DNA of 63,877 nucleotides, taken from Octopus bimaculoides (taxonomy: Eukaryota). Shown piece by piece: positions 11,784-25,019 of the stretch; position 1 is the first letter of the stretch; each line of letters opens with the position of its first letter. The notes below the pieces were generated by a model. That model saw only the letters and a list, made by a program, of their open reading frames with translations. It searched no databases and was not told where the DNA came from. Both the position numbers and the translations under genes were made by a program. The stretch is from the NCBI RefSeq assembly GCF_001194135.2, contig NC_068991.1:23982024-24045900 (forward strand), given 5' to 3'.

Positions 11784-12010
11784 AAAGCGCGTAGCTTAGT
11801 TGTTAGGGCACTCAGTGCACGATTGCAAGGTCATGAGTTCTATTCCGGGCGGTGGGTTGCGTCATTGAGCAAGACATATTAATTTCACGTTGCTCCACTC
11901 GATTCAGCTGGCAAAAATGAGTTGTACTTTTATTTCAAAGGGCCAGCCTTTTTTCACGCTGTGTCATGCCAAATCTCCCCGAGAACTACGTTAAGGGTAC
12001 ACGTGTCTGT
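11784..12010 (+). mobile_element. tRNA-derived SINE with CORE-like central domain and family-A-type body, 3' truncated
   Basis: A/B-box-like head, then TTGAGCAAGACA..TTTCACGTTGCTCCA..TCAGCTGGCAAAAATGAGT, then CCCCGAGAACTACGTTAAGGGTACACGTGTCTGT shared with family A. Confidence 0.65.
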
Positions 12011-13194
12011 AAACATGGTTTATGGTTTAGGGAGGTTAAGTTCCATGCTAGTATGGGTTGGACGGTTTGATTGAGGACAGCTGGTGCTCTGGCAACGATC
12101 ACTTCTTTAAAGAAAACAAACCTTGACTGAAGAGGCTCAATGGTTTTCAGACACCTTAGTCTTAAATTCTTCTTACGTCACATGTCGTCAGAGGTTTAAT
12201 TTGTTTTCCAAAGGTGCAGTGCAACAGTGATTATCAAATTCATGTTCAAATCTGCCAAAATATGTTACAAATTGATATGAACATCTTCGTATTGCTGATG
12301 CTTCTAACATAGTTGTTCTTACTGCTTTTGTGTTATTCTTATTGTTATAACTGAGGTGTTTGTTGTTATTTTTCAGGATATGGACTGATTGATTACATGA
12401 GCGTAGAGTACCACATGTAAACCAATTGTAATCCTAAAATACAAATAAATGCCTTTTATATTTCTATTTTTACTTAAAAGTTGAAATTAAAATGATCAAG
12501 AACCATTTTATTTTCAGTTTTAATGAGAAGACTAATTGCCTACAAGTTTACACATTAAAAATTTGATGTTACAAAATTATATATTAAAAAAATTACGCAA
12601 TAGCTATTTAAGCAAAATTGAAAATTATAAGCCCTAAGTATTTAAAAAAACCCCAAAAAACTGGTAAGTCAATTTTAGATTTTGTACTCAATTTGTTTAT
12701 TAGTTTTCATTTTTTAAATATTTTTCTTAGTANNNNNNNNNNNNNNNNNNNNNNNNNNNNNNNNNNNNNNNNNNNNNNNNNNNNNNNNNNNNNNNNNNNN
12801 NNNNNNNNNNNNNNNNNNNNNNNNNNNNNNNNNNNNNNNNNNNNNNNNNNNNNNNNNNNNNNNNNNNNNNNNNNNNNNNNNNNNNNNNNNNNNNNNNNNN
12901 NNNNNNNNNNNNNNNNNNNNNNNNNNNNNNNNNNNNNNNNNNNNNNNNNNNNNNNNNNNNNNNNNNNNNNNNNNNNNNNNNNNNNNNNNNNNNNNNNNNN
13001 NNNNNNNNNNNNNNNNNNNNNNNNNNNNNNNNNNNNNNNNNNNNNNNNNNNNNNNNNNNNNNNNNNNNNNNNNNNNNNNNNNNNNNNNNNNNNNNNNNNN
13101 NNNNNNNNNNNNNNNNNNNNNNNNNNNNNNNNNNNNNNNNNNNNNNNNNNNNNNNNNNNNNNNNNNNNNNNNNNNNNNNNNNNNTATATATATA

Positions 13195-13400
13195 TGGTAA
13201 GAAGCTGGCTTACCAACCACATAGTTCTGGGTTCAGTCCCACTGCATGGGACCTTGGTCAAGTGTCTTCTACTATAGCCTCGGGCCAACCAAAACTTTGT
13301 GAGTGCATTTGGTAGACGGAAACTGAAAGAAGCCCGTCGTAAATATGTGTGTGTGTGTCTGTGTTTGTCCCCCCCCCCATCGCTTGACAACCGAGGTTGC
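13195..13400 (+). mobile_element. tRNA-derived SINE family E (head + body)
   Basis: GGTAAGAAG..CCAACCACAT..GGGTTCAGTCCCACTG..CAAGTGTCTTCTACTATAGCCTCGGGCC..GACGGAAACTGAAAGAAGCCCGTCG. A reverse copy lies at 21655-21795. Confidence 0.85.
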
Positions 13401-13809
13401 TGTGTTCCAGAATTTTATATTTTGCCTTGCAATCGCTGCGATAATTATTAACTGGTAATGCAACAGTAAATGTGTGTTGTTTTAATGGAAATGAAAATAA
13501 AATTTTGTATTGACACTGGCCAGCCTGCACTTCATGCATGTCAGTCGTCCACTGAATATACAACACAAGCAACACACAAGAAGAAAGTCACGAAAATAAA
13601 ATAACACGTGTTAAAATAATTTTTAACACGTGTAGTGCAAAAACCTGTATTTGTTTAAATGTCATCTTTCTGCTTGTCAAATCTCTTTTATCAATTCATC
13701 TTCGCGTTAACAAAATATTCGAAGACTTGTTCAAAATTCTTGGAGGCGTGTTTGTCAGACGATGACATGTTACATTAATATAACAACAACAACAATAATT
13801 ACAATTGTA

Positions 13810-14110
13810 TCTGGTACAAAGCCAAGAATTCTTTTGCGGGGAAGAAACTAGCCGATACTTGATGAGAACTTTATTTCATCGATCCCGGACCGTTGTCAAG
13901 CAAAGTTGATCTCGGCAGCATTTGAACTTAGAACGTATAAACCGGAACAAATAGTGCAAAGTCTTTTTTTTTCAGACTCTCTAACGATTCTGTTTTACTA
14001 GGTCCGGAGTTTTGAGGGAAGGTGGGTGGCGGTTAGTCTTGCCTGGTACTATACTTTTCTGACCCCGAGAATATTAAAGGCAAAGTTGACATAAAGAGTC
14101 AGGACAAATA
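13810..14110 (-). mobile_element. Old SINE family B copies
   Basis: Diverged reverse-strand matches (AAAGTTGATCTCGGCAGCATTTGAACTTAGAACGT; AAGGCAAAGTTGAC). Confidence 0.6.
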
Positions 14111-15016
14111 CCACACATTTGTCCAAAATGTACCCATGAAAAATCCAGGTGTCAGAGTGGGTGTGAGAAAGCTGACAACCTCCGGGTGCCTTCGGTAAAA
14201 ATTCTCATTATGCCAGAGACGTTTTAACTTTAATCTGTCTCTCTTTGACTCAAATCGACGAGAAGGCATAAACAGTCGATATAGTCGGGGGATGGGGTGT
14301 CAGGTTGCTAATCTTGGTTGTCTCTGCGATTCCTGGAGCTGACAGGGCCATCTTTCCTGCACAATCAATCTCATTAATATTAGTTTGAAATTTTTGCAGA
14401 AGGTTAGCAATTTTTGTACAAGTCGATCTTGTACCGAAATGCCGCTAATGTTCGGCGTGCAAACGATTCTGCCAGCTGACCGCCATACATCAATCTCATT
14501 GCTGCTATATTCAACATATTTTTTACTATCATTTTCAACGTCTTTTTCACCGTCGCCTACTCTCATATTTGTCTATAGTCAAGAGTTATTGTTATTATTC
14601 CTGTTGTTATCGTTTCATGTATTATTAAAACTGTTCAAATAATTTCATTTTCTGTTAAAGGTTCCTTTGTTCTTTATGTCCTAAGTTTACTCGACCGTGC
14701 AATTTGTTTCTTTTTTTTTTTGCTTGCATGTTTGTGGGCATTGATGTGTGAAATTCATTTTGTATTAAATTCACATTTCTTTTTTATCTGATGGCCATTT
14801 TGACGTGAAAATGTCATCAAAACATGAAAGAGTAAATATCTGCAAGAACAATCTATTTAATCGGTTACCAGGCATCGGGGGAAGATGCCCACATGCCGTT
14901 AATAATCTCTAACTTGCAAATATTCCATGGAAAAATTTTTCATATGGTATTTCATGGAAAAAACCCCATTTAATTCGAAGTTCGCAAAGAACATGTCTCA
15001 TCACTTCGACAGTTCC

Positions 15017-15393
15017 GATGCAGTACCAGGCAGTGGCTCTCATATGACTTCTGATCTTAATTGATTGGACGTGTTATCATGTACATATTTTGTCTTGGTT
15101 TAAAAGATGGGCTACAGCAAATATTCTGCTCATTGTCACAGATTTGCTTGTCAGTTGCTTGACCATAGCCAGTTGAGCATGTCCCATAGTGGCTAACAAC
15201 ATGTGAATCTTTGGCCACGAGCAGAAGTAGTGGGAGGAGTATCATAGCCATGTGTAGAGAGGATTTCTTTGGGGGTTTAAATAATTCATCCTCATGTGCC
15301 TGATGTATCCTTATCAGACGGGTAGTCATGATGGGTGTACTGAGCTTCGTATTTTCCCGTGTCACTTTGATGGCATGCATTACGCTCTTACTC

Positions 15394-15460
<67 letters not shown>
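15017..15460 (+). mobile_element. Non-coding (TAA)n-tailed interspersed repeat, probable non-autonomous retroelement
   Basis: Unique-looking body ending ..GATGGCATGCATTACGCTCTTACTC followed by (AAT)n. Recalled as an abundant octopus repeat; not verified. Confidence 0.5.
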
Positions 15461-15461
<1 letters not shown>

Positions 15462-15554
15462 AATGAGTTTCTCTGCATTAGGTGTACGAAAAACACTCGG
15501 CGAGAAATGAAAGAAAATTTGAAGAAAGAAGAAAAAAAAAATCCTTTCTACTAT

Positions 15555-15748
15555 AGGCACAAGACCTGAAATTTGGGGGAGTGGGATAATCGATTACATC
15601 GACCCCAATACTGTGCTGGTGCTTATTTTATCGATCCCGAAAGGATGAAAGGCAAAGTCGACTTCGGCGGAATTTGAACTTAAAACGTAAAGATGGACGA
15701 AATGCTGCTAAGCATTTTCCCCGGCGTGCTAACGATTCTGCTAGCTAA
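15555..15748 (-). mobile_element. SINE family B
   Basis: Reverse-complement match to the family B consensus. Confidence 0.8.
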
Positions 15749-15819
15749 AGATTAAACTCGAAGGGTTAAACCATCCAACCCCAGAGATTTTCCCGTGCGT
15801 AGTTAGTTATCGTGTCACG

Positions 15820-17060
15820 TATGTTTTCGGCTGTTATCGGCATTTTGCAGAACCCCCCATTCCTGACCAAAAGCTACGACAGGCTGTCGACGTAGGAAGT
15901 GAAAGTCACCACTGTCTCCGACCCACCGCGCGCCGCGGACGGTTTAGTGAAGTGCCGCTGAAATTCTGCACACATCTCTTCGGATTCCAGTTGCAAGAGC
16001 CTGTACCCACCCGTCAAAGGCCGAATTGTCGCCACGTTGCGGCTCTGCCATTCTAGATCATCGAACAGCTCTCGTTCACTACTGTTTTAGAGCACGCGTC
16101 TTAACTCTGACAATGCAACCTCTTTGCTTGGCATTAAAGAATCGACCGAGAGTCAATCTCGTCACCAGTACGTCGATTGCAATGCCTTTTCTAAGTGCCT
16201 CTTCTAGCTTCCTGACTATATCTCCCTTTACTCATGACTTTTCTATTGCTAACCCTAACCCCAACGCCTCTGCTTTAATAGCTCTTCCGGGGCTGTACAT
16301 CATCAGTTGTTGACGATTGTACTCAACAACTTCTAATGGACTAACTTGTTAACTCGGTCTCTGAAAGCTTGATGCACCGAGAAAGACGTGTCCAGTTTCC
16401 AGTATCTGGAGCCCAGCCTATGGATCCTATCTAGGTCAACTGTACAGATCATAAATTTGTGGTTTGTATAGCTGACGACTTTGAACTGTGGACATCTTAT
16501 GCTATTTCTGTTTACTGGTCTACAAAATGTTCTATCTAGATATCATATGGATGACCCGATGTCCACATTGGCGCATTCGGGAAATCCAACCGGTTTTAAG
16601 CCACTGAGCAACTTTGTGAAGTTTTTATAACCCCTCTCCTATCGGCTGGCCCCACACAGTCCAGACGAGCATTCAAAATGGCGTTCTAATTGCCCACAAG
16701 CATTAAAGAACAAGACGTCCCAAGGAAAATTTCCAAACGTATGAAGAAAGCCGGCTGTTCACCCCAGTCGGGGAGTACACAGCGAGTAATCTAAAAGCAC
16801 CACCTTCACTACCCTTCACGTCCAAGACCACAAATTAACCTTCCGGGTCCAAGAAGATCGATGGTATCACGTGCCCAGGCCTTTTTGGAACAGCACCTCC
16901 CCTGGTACTCGTTCCAGGTCGAGTAAGAGACACAAAAATCTCAAATTCGCTAAAATTGGTGCTAAGGTGCGTGTCTTAGAAATCTTGGTCACGCTGGCAG
17001 CTATCACATCCAAGACCCCAGATCATGTTTATTTGTGCTGCCCACTCTTAAGATGACCAA
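15820..17060 (-). mobile_element. L1/Tx1-clade LINE ORF2 relic (APE endonuclease + linker)
   Basis: Minus strand reads LDVIAASVTK..DPEG*FVVLDVKG..FRLLAVYSPTG..LMLVGN*NAIL..YLDRTF..YWKLDTS, then CIVRVK..ATIRPL..EMCAEFQRHF. Many stops. Confidence 0.75.
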
Positions 17061-17689
17061 GCTGACCGAAAAGAAGAGAAGAAAAAAGGTCTCCTACCTT
17101 AAAAGTTTTCTGCTAAGCACTCGGGTGTATGAAAACTCGTTTTCTGTATAGGGATTCTTGGGGAAATCCTGAACACTTGAGTTCCCATCGTCATGTAGGA
17201 AACTCTCTCTCATTTCCCTGTGAGAATTAATTGGTAGTCTAAGTAATTTCAGATCCTCCGGTACATTAACTGTGTTGTTTTTGTAAACCTCCCCTTCTCT
17301 CTCTATGTCTCCTTTTTGTGCTATGCAAGAAAACAGTTCCCTATTTTTATTTTTTACTAATACAAAGATGGGTGCAACTGGTTGTGGGTGTGCTTGTCTG
17401 GGCTTGTGTATTTGTCTTCTAGTTTTCCACTTGTGTGGTTGTTGTCTCGCTTGTGTATCGCCTTTTTTGTTACTGTAACTTGAGGCGGTGGTGGTGGTGA
17501 TAGTGTAGTTGCTTTAGTTTTGGTTTCACTTCCGTTTTTTTTTGCTTCCCCCGCCTCACCTCCTTACCTGATATATGGTCGGGAGACTCTACCTCGGATG
17601 GGGGGTAGGGGCATGCTTCTCCTGTGAATACATCTGTTATTTTGTATGTAGGTAAGGTATAAACAGGGGTAAGGGAGGGAGAGAGAGAG

Positions 17690-17752
17690 GGAGAAGATAG
17701 AGATAGATAGATAGAGATAGGTAGATAGATAGATAGATAGATAGTTAGTTAG

Positions 17753-17801
<49 letters not shown>

Positions 17802-17950
17802 NNNNNNNNNNNNNNNNNNNNNNNNNNNNNNNNNNNNNNNNNNNNNNNNNNNNNNNNNNNNNNNNNNNNNNNNNNNNNNNNNNNNNNNNNNNNNNNNNNN
17901 NNNNNNNNNNNNNNNNNNNNNNNNNNNNNNNNNNNNNNNNNNNNNNNNNN

Positions 17951-17991
<41 letters not shown>
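17690..17991. repeat. (GATA)n + (GA)n microsatellites around a gap
   Basis: Directly visible. Confidence 0.95.
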
Positions 17992-17997
<6 letters not shown>

Positions 17998-17999
17998 TT

Positions 18000-18860
18000 G
18001 GATGTCTCCTGGGTGGAGATTATTTCTTGCCTGTGAAAATTCACCACGACCATTAATTGCTACTGCGAACGGAGTCGTCACTGCTGCTGCTGCTCCTGCT
18101 GCTGTTGTTGCGATTGTGGATGTTGTTGATCTTTCTGTTGTTGATAATACTGTTGATGATGCTAGTCCAGAATTTATCATCCTTTCTTTATTTTCCCTTT
18201 CTGCTATTGTTGTTACTGCTTCTTGCTGTCGTTGTTACTGTTTTCGTTGCGGTGATGGTATTGACAGTAGTGCGGCCTTTTCCCCACTGTCTTGTGATTA
18301 TGGAGGCAGAAAGCCCTGAGATGGTCGCTACATACACACACACATGACATCATTTTCTCCAGCCTTTCACAAACATACTCAACTCTCTCTCATTTTCAGG
18401 GAGGGCACATCTCAGATCCTTTCCAGATCCTCCGGTTTTATGTGGAAAAGTATCTCCGGGTTGGTCCCAGAAAAGATCTCTTGCTCCATCCTCTGGACAT
18501 CCAGTAGCGTGTCCCTTCCTTCCTAAGATCACACAGGATGTCAGCCACTACAGGTTGTACCCCAGTGGGATGTCTTGAATTTTCACTCGGGTCGTGCTTC
18601 GGCCCAAATATATGGGTGCAGAGTATTGTCCTCATTCCCTCAGGGGACCACGGAGTGTTACAGAGCGAGAGCCTCGATCTTGGATAAGACTTCTATGCTT
18701 TCCCCCCTGTACTGCTTGGCCCCGTACTGAATGTCCTCCCAGACTATTTAACGGCGCTTTCCACCAGAGCCTTATCTGCGTTCTCCAGGTTGCGTTTTCT
18801 CACAGCGATGCAGCGGTAGCATATTGTCCTTTTTAAAATATCATTCGAGAAGTCTTGGTG
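18000..18860 (-). mobile_element. Probable ORF1 relic of the same L1/Tx1 element
   Basis: Minus strand reads IVWEDIQY..HSVVPLRE*GQYSAPIYLGRSTTRVKIQDIP, then a low-complexity T/A/S-rich tail. Collinear with and upstream of ORF2. Confidence 0.5.
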
Positions 18861-19134
18861 GGGTTCTATTAACACCTTATTCCTATCAGTCTTTCTATAA
18901 CGAGCTGCCTCCTCTAATTTTCACTACTTCTCTTCTAAGGAAAGTTTAATTAGTTAACTCTGCTTTGCTACGAGTTCCCTATGCTTTGCAAAAGTGGGTT
19001 TGCTGTTGTTGTCGATTGGTGAGGTTTTGCACTTTTTTTTTTATCGTTGTTGTTGCTGTTATTGATGTTGCTGCTACTCCAGCTAAATGCGTTCCTATTG
19101 TGGTCGTTGCTGTCGATACTATTTTTGTCGGTGG

Positions 19135-19262
19135 GGCGGCGAGCTGGCAGAATCGTTAGCACGCCGGACAAAATGCTTAGCAGCTTTTCGAATCCCGTTG
19201 AGGTCGATTTTTCCTTGCATCCTTTCGGGGTCGATAAAATAAGTACCGGTCGAGCACTGTGG
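19135..19262 (+). mobile_element. SINE family B (runs into a gap)
   Basis: GCGGCGAGCTGGCAGAATCGTTAGCACGCCGG..CCTTTCGGGGTCGATAAAATAAGTACC. Confidence 0.85.
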
Positions 19263-20067
19263 NNNNNNNNNNNNNNNNNNNNNNNNNNNNNNNNNNNNNN
19301 NNNNNNNNNNNNNNNNNNNNNNNNNNNNNNNNNNNNNNNNNNNNNNNNNNNNNNNNNNNNNNNNNNNNNNNNNNNNNNNNNNNNNNNNNNNNNNNNNNNN
19401 NNNNNNNNNNNNNNNNNNNNNNNNNNNNNNNNNNNNNNNNNNNNNNNNNNNNNNNNNNNNNNNNNNNNNNNNNNNNNNNNNNNNNNNNNNNNNNNNNNNN
19501 NNNNNNNNNNNNNNNNNNNNNNNNNNNNNNNNNNNNNNNNNNNNNNNNNNNNNNNNNNNNNNNNNNNNNNNNNNNNNNNNNNNNNNNNNNNNNNNNNNNN
19601 NNNNNNNNNNNNNNNNNNNNNNNNNNNNNNNNNNNNNNNNNNNNNNNNNNNNNNNNNNNNNNNNNNNNNNNNNNNNNNNNNNNNNNNNNNNNNNNNNNNN
19701 NNNNNNNNNNNNNNNNNNNNNNNNNNNNNNNNNNNNNNNNNNNNNNNNNNNNNNNNNNNNNNNNNNNNNNNNNNNNNNNNNNNNNNNNNNNNNNNNNNNN
19801 NNNNNNNNNNNNNNNNNNNNNNNGTACTATCTGGAATATGGATTATATTTCGCCTTAACGCTACCCAAGCGGAATTATAGAGGTAAAATTTTTCCCTTAA
19901 CGGACAAAAAGTAACCGCAAAACATTAACCAAACATTTTTCTGCATTTTGAATGAAAATGCAACAGTATTTATACACATCAACTGACACAAAACGGGCGA
20001 TGTAAACGATGATTTGAAGGGAGACTTACAAAGCGTGATCAAAAGTACGTCCGAACTATTCTGTAGT

Positions 20068-20068
20068 A

Positions 20069-20127
<59 letters not shown>

Positions 20128-20140
20128 TAATAATGATAAT
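20068..20140. repeat. (AAT)n microsatellite
   Basis: Directly visible. Confidence 0.95.
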
Positions 20141-20959
20141 AGTAAGTTTTAATTTTCGGCGTTATAGTTTCTCGAAACTCATAATCTCACAAACATCTCT
20201 TTTCGAGATAAAAATAAAATCTAAAAGAAAAAGAAAATTAATACATTTATTTCACAACCGATGAAGCATTTTTGCTAACAAATCAAAACTTAATTTCCTT
20301 TAATTAGAATTTTCTTGATAAAACGAAAGAAAATTAAAATTAACCAAATTTACAAAAAAAAAACAACAAAAAAACTTCTCAAAGTCAAAGAATTTATAAA
20401 AAATCGAAATTGTATGAAACAACTTCAACAAGTACAAATTAATATTATTTTACAGAAATGAAATATGCCTCAGGTGGATCTTTGTTTACCATTTTTCAGA
20501 GGTTAGAGAACAAACAAACGTATAAACAAAAAAAAAAGATTATTTTAAAGCAAGATTTTTAACCAATATTATTTAACTGTGCTGTTTACCTTCATTGAAT
20601 TATTCATTTAAGAATAAGAAAATAACTTAATTAAGCATCAATAAGTAAAAGGCAAAGTCATTTGTAACATGTTTTCATTGTCTTTCATGCTGGTGCAATT
20701 TTCTGTCATTGTTGTTGGTGGTGGTAGTGGGGTGAGCGTCGACGAGTAAAATCGTTTACTTCATTGCGTTGCTGTTTCGACTCCCGTTTGAAACAATTTT
20801 CATATTCTTGTCATCAACCACTTACATTCATAGGTAACATCTTGAATGTAACTACAGTCGTAAAAATATAGATTCCTCGAACAAATGAGACAGAACCTCT
20901 ACACGGTAACCCAAACAGTCAAAACTCCCTAAAATCACATCCCACGGGGAAGTGGGTAA

Positions 20960-21125
20960 GTCAGTTACATCGACCCATTATTCAACTGGTACTTATTTTA
21001 TCGACCCCGAAAGGATTTAAGATGAAGTCGCCTTGGCGGAATTTGAACTCAGAACGTAAAGGAAAACGAAATTGCCGCTAAGCATTTCGCCCGGCGTGCT
21101 AACGATTCTGCCAGCTCGCCACCTT
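20960..21125 (-). mobile_element. SINE family B
   Basis: Reverse-complement match ending CTAACGATTCTGCCAGCTCGCC. Confidence 0.85.
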
Positions 21126-21308
21126 TCTACACATACACATATATATTAGTTGGCTAACTTAGTTCCTCATGTTACTTAAAATTTCTATATCTTCAGACAT
21201 TTGGAAGCAAATGGACGTGCTTTTGCGCCCACGAAACTTTAAGCGATATGAGGAAACGATATGAGCTGTATGCTACTGCTGTCCATTTGTTCACGCACTC
21301 ATGTATGT

Positions 21309-21340
<32 letters not shown>

Positions 21341-21614
21341 NNNNNNNNNNNNNNNNNNNNNNNNNNNNNNNNNNNNNNNNNNNNNNNNNNNNNNNNNNNN
21401 NNNNNNNNNNNNNNNNNNNNNNNNNNNNNNNNNNNNNNNNNNNNNNNNNNNNNNNNNNNNNNNNNNNNNNNNNNNNNNNNNNNNNNNNNNNNNNNNNNNN
21501 NNNNNNNNNNNNNNNNNNNNNNNNNNNNNNNNNNNNNNNNNNNNNNNNNNNNNNNNNNNNNNNNNNNNNNNNNNNNNNNNNNNNNNNNNNNNNNNNACAC
21601 ACTGATATATCATT

Positions 21615-21654
<40 letters not shown>

Positions 21655-21655
<1 letters not shown>

Positions 21656-21795
21656 ACGGGCTTCTTTCAGTTTCCGTCAACCAAATCTACTCACATGGCT
21701 TTGGTCGGCCCGAGGCTAGAGTAAAAGACACTCGCCTGGGGTGTCACGGATTGGGACTGAATCCGGAACTATGTGATTGGGAAGTAAACTTCTTG
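21655..21795 (-). mobile_element. SINE family E
   Basis: Reverse complement of 13200-13340. Confidence 0.8.
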
Positions 21796-21834
21796 CACTC
21801 TAATATGTGTGTATGTATGAATGTATGTATGTTG

Positions 21835-21965
21835 AGGAGCGTGGCCAAGCGGTTAGGGTGCTGAGCTCAGGATCATAAGGTAATGGGTTCGATTCCTGGA
21901 CCAAGTCTCACATGGTATCATCGAGCAAAACACTTCATGTCAAGTTGCTCCTGTCTAGACAACTG
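21835..21965 (+). mobile_element. tRNA-derived SINE head, old copy
   Basis: GCGTGGCCAAGCGGTTAGGG..GGGTTCGATTCCTGG (A/B boxes) followed by CORE-like TCGAGCAAAACACTT..GTTGCTCC. No acceptor stem or CCA, so not a tRNA gene. Confidence 0.6.
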
Positions 21966-22862
21966 GAAGTTAGTAGCAACCTAGAGCAGCTTCAGACCTC
22001 TTCCTCTCTAGTAGTCCCATCCTTAATGTTCCGCTGGGACGAGGTTAAGAGGGTCGACAAAGTTTCTATGTCTGTTCACAACTACATAGACATCTAAAAC
22101 AATCAGCGAAAGCACGGTACATGTCACTAGGTAGTACTTGCTTACGAGCGACGGGTAACTAACTTTATTATATCTCTCACCTGTTCGTTTGCCCTGTTAA
22201 AAAATAGCAGCAAAATTTCTCTAAAAAATCACACCTTAATGCCTTAAAGCAAAGGAAGGGCACACGGGACAATGTAAACATGACGAGTATGGTCACGGCC
22301 GAAAAGTTTTTGAACATAGATCTATTTTGTCAAGGATGACCTGGACTAAACAACAACAGTAACCTGCAAGAAATAACAGCCAAATCATACTCAACCCACA
22401 TTCCACTTAAGGATGTATAGGATAAGTGAGTTTTGAGTATACTATGCTTTCAGATATATAATAAAGTCGAGATGGTCACAACTGGAATAGCTTCCGTTGT
22501 ACATCTGATCGATCAGGACCAACTTGGTGCTAAACAACCGCGATAAAACCATGTGACTTTATGTTTAAAAGATTTATTAACAAGTATTGTTAATTATTTA
22601 ATTGCCACGCAAATATGTATTTCTATGAATAGAACTCCCGATGGTTAATCTAATCTAGAATACATTCTTTGTAATTTAAAGTTGGTGTGAAAAAAGACGT
22701 GAAGAACACATAAATGAGAAAAACAAAGTAAGTGAAGAAATAGAAAAAGCCAACGATTGGTTACCGAACTTTGAGTGGTTTTTATATGTTCTTCGAATCA
22801 CTGTTTCACACTTAATTACTAATGGAAAATTGTCTTCTGCAAATGTCGCCAAAAGATTTTCG

Positions 22863-22926
<64 letters not shown>
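22863..22926. repeat. (ATT)n microsatellite
   Basis: Directly visible. Confidence 0.95.
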
Positions 22927-22929
<3 letters not shown>

Positions 22930-25019
22930 TGGCTCGTCTAATCAAATTATTTGTTTCTACGTATTTGATAATACAATTATAGAACACAAAGACTACACAA
23001 GTAAGGAATAAAATACAGAATTGACGAATATAATTGGACCGATGGAAATTGTTCATTTCATAGACGACGGAGACGTTGTTAGAAGAGAAACCGAGATTTC
23101 TCGTGTTAATCACCTGGTTAAGAAAGTTGCAAGGTTAATCGTCTGGTTAAGAAGGCTGCTTCAGAACCATGTTCTTTCGAGATCGAAATTACTGCCCAAC
23201 ATTAGCGAGCATTGAATTTGAGACGCAAAGGACGTGACTAAATATCAGGATATTTCGTCTGTCGCTCTACTGATTCGTTTAGATTACATTAAAGTGCTGG
23301 AAAGTCATTCCATAGATATTATTAACTGGTGACTCTTTATAATTTGGCTCTCTTTGAGAAAATATTCTTACATCTAACAACTCAGTGTTAATATAAATTC
23401 AACATTTAAAGTGGTAAGCTGGCTGAATTGTTAGCACTCCAGGAAAAATGCTTAGCAGCTTTTCGTCCATCCTTACGTTCAGAGTTCAAATAAGTGCCAA
23501 CTGACCACTGGTGTCGATTTAATCGACTTGCTCACTCCTCTGAAACTGCTGGCCTTGTGCCAAAATTTGAAACCAGTACCAAATTCAACATATAATCTCA
23601 TAAAAAAGATGGTGGTACGTGTCAATGAATGGAAATAAACTTTTAGGGAGATGAGTCTGAATTTCGGGGAGAGAGATTCATTTTTTCCCACATTGGACAA
23701 AGGATAATCGGTAAAGTTTGTAACAGTAAATTATACGAAAACCGAAATATCTGAGTTAATATCTGGCATTCGAAGTTATGCTATTTGGAAAGATAGTTAT
23801 GAAGAACTTAGAGGCAAGATTGTATAAAGATAATTTCATGTTATAAACTATAATAAATTCACTGAATGTTGCTTATTGAACACAATAATCACATTGAACA
23901 ACAACAATAGAAAACTATCTGGCTTTGTCATCAAAATATATGAGGACTTGGATGATTTGGGTCATTAAAAAGTTCTAATGATACAGTTAAGAAAATTTTA
24001 TTGTAAAACCAGTTTCCATAATCGCCAGTTCTTTTTTAAAAGACATAAACAACATTTACTTATTGAAGCAATTACGATTAAATTAAAATAATATAACTGA
24101 GCTAGCGTCTCTTGAGAAACAAAATGAATTGAAAATATTAGCGTTGTGTATAATGTTTTGGAACTGGTTCCTTTTGTTTATTTCAAATTAAAAATAAATC
24201 AAGAGAAAATCCAAAAGGAAAGGGAAACGTTTTACTTTTGATCAAATTTGCTGATATCTAAAAATACATAGCTTTAAGGAGAAAAGAACTTATTTTATAG
24301 TATGTAAATTCCCACATTATAGATGATATGCAACTATTGAAGCGGGGTGAGAAAGAAAGAAGCCAGAGAGAAGTAAATTGTGGTTACATAAGGTGAATTA
24401 TTATTTATATATTTAATGCAACTATTAAAAAGTCCGCCAGAAACAAATCTAGTGAGAGGGAAGAACTGTGTCAATAATTAATTATAACTTTAATTTTTAT
24501 TCGTTAAGTACGTGAGATAATATAGGATATGTTTCTGTGTTATTATGACTCGTAAGCGAAACATAGTCTTATGTTGTTACGAACTCAACTGACGAAATGT
24601 ATGCAAAACTCGTTTCACTAATAGATATTTTTATCACATTTCTCTCTCTCTCTCTCGTTTCGGTCAGAATTGGCACAGGCCATGTCTAACTTAATAGCAC
24701 CATTTGAAAAAAACATTTTATGTTTCATATTACAGTCATTCTTTGGGCATCACAACCCATTCGAGTAAAGAGTTACAGTTTACAGAGATAAAGCGTGTGT
24801 AGGTAGTTCATCTGGAATTTGTTGGAGATATTCATGCAGGAACCGTTTGAATGTTATCTTTTTTTCTTCTCTTATGTATCTTGGTATGATGTTAAAGAAA
24901 GTAGGCCCAGTTGAAGTGAAATAGTTCTGTCTTAGTGTTGTAATGTGACGCGAGCATGATTTTAGTAGAAGACGAATGGCACAGGGATCAAGTCTTGGAT
25001 GAATTTTAAAGTTGAAGCC

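Noticed and set aside
16251-16263. Short CTAACCCTAACCC telomere-like word
   Set aside because: Only two units, inside LINE coding relic; chance.
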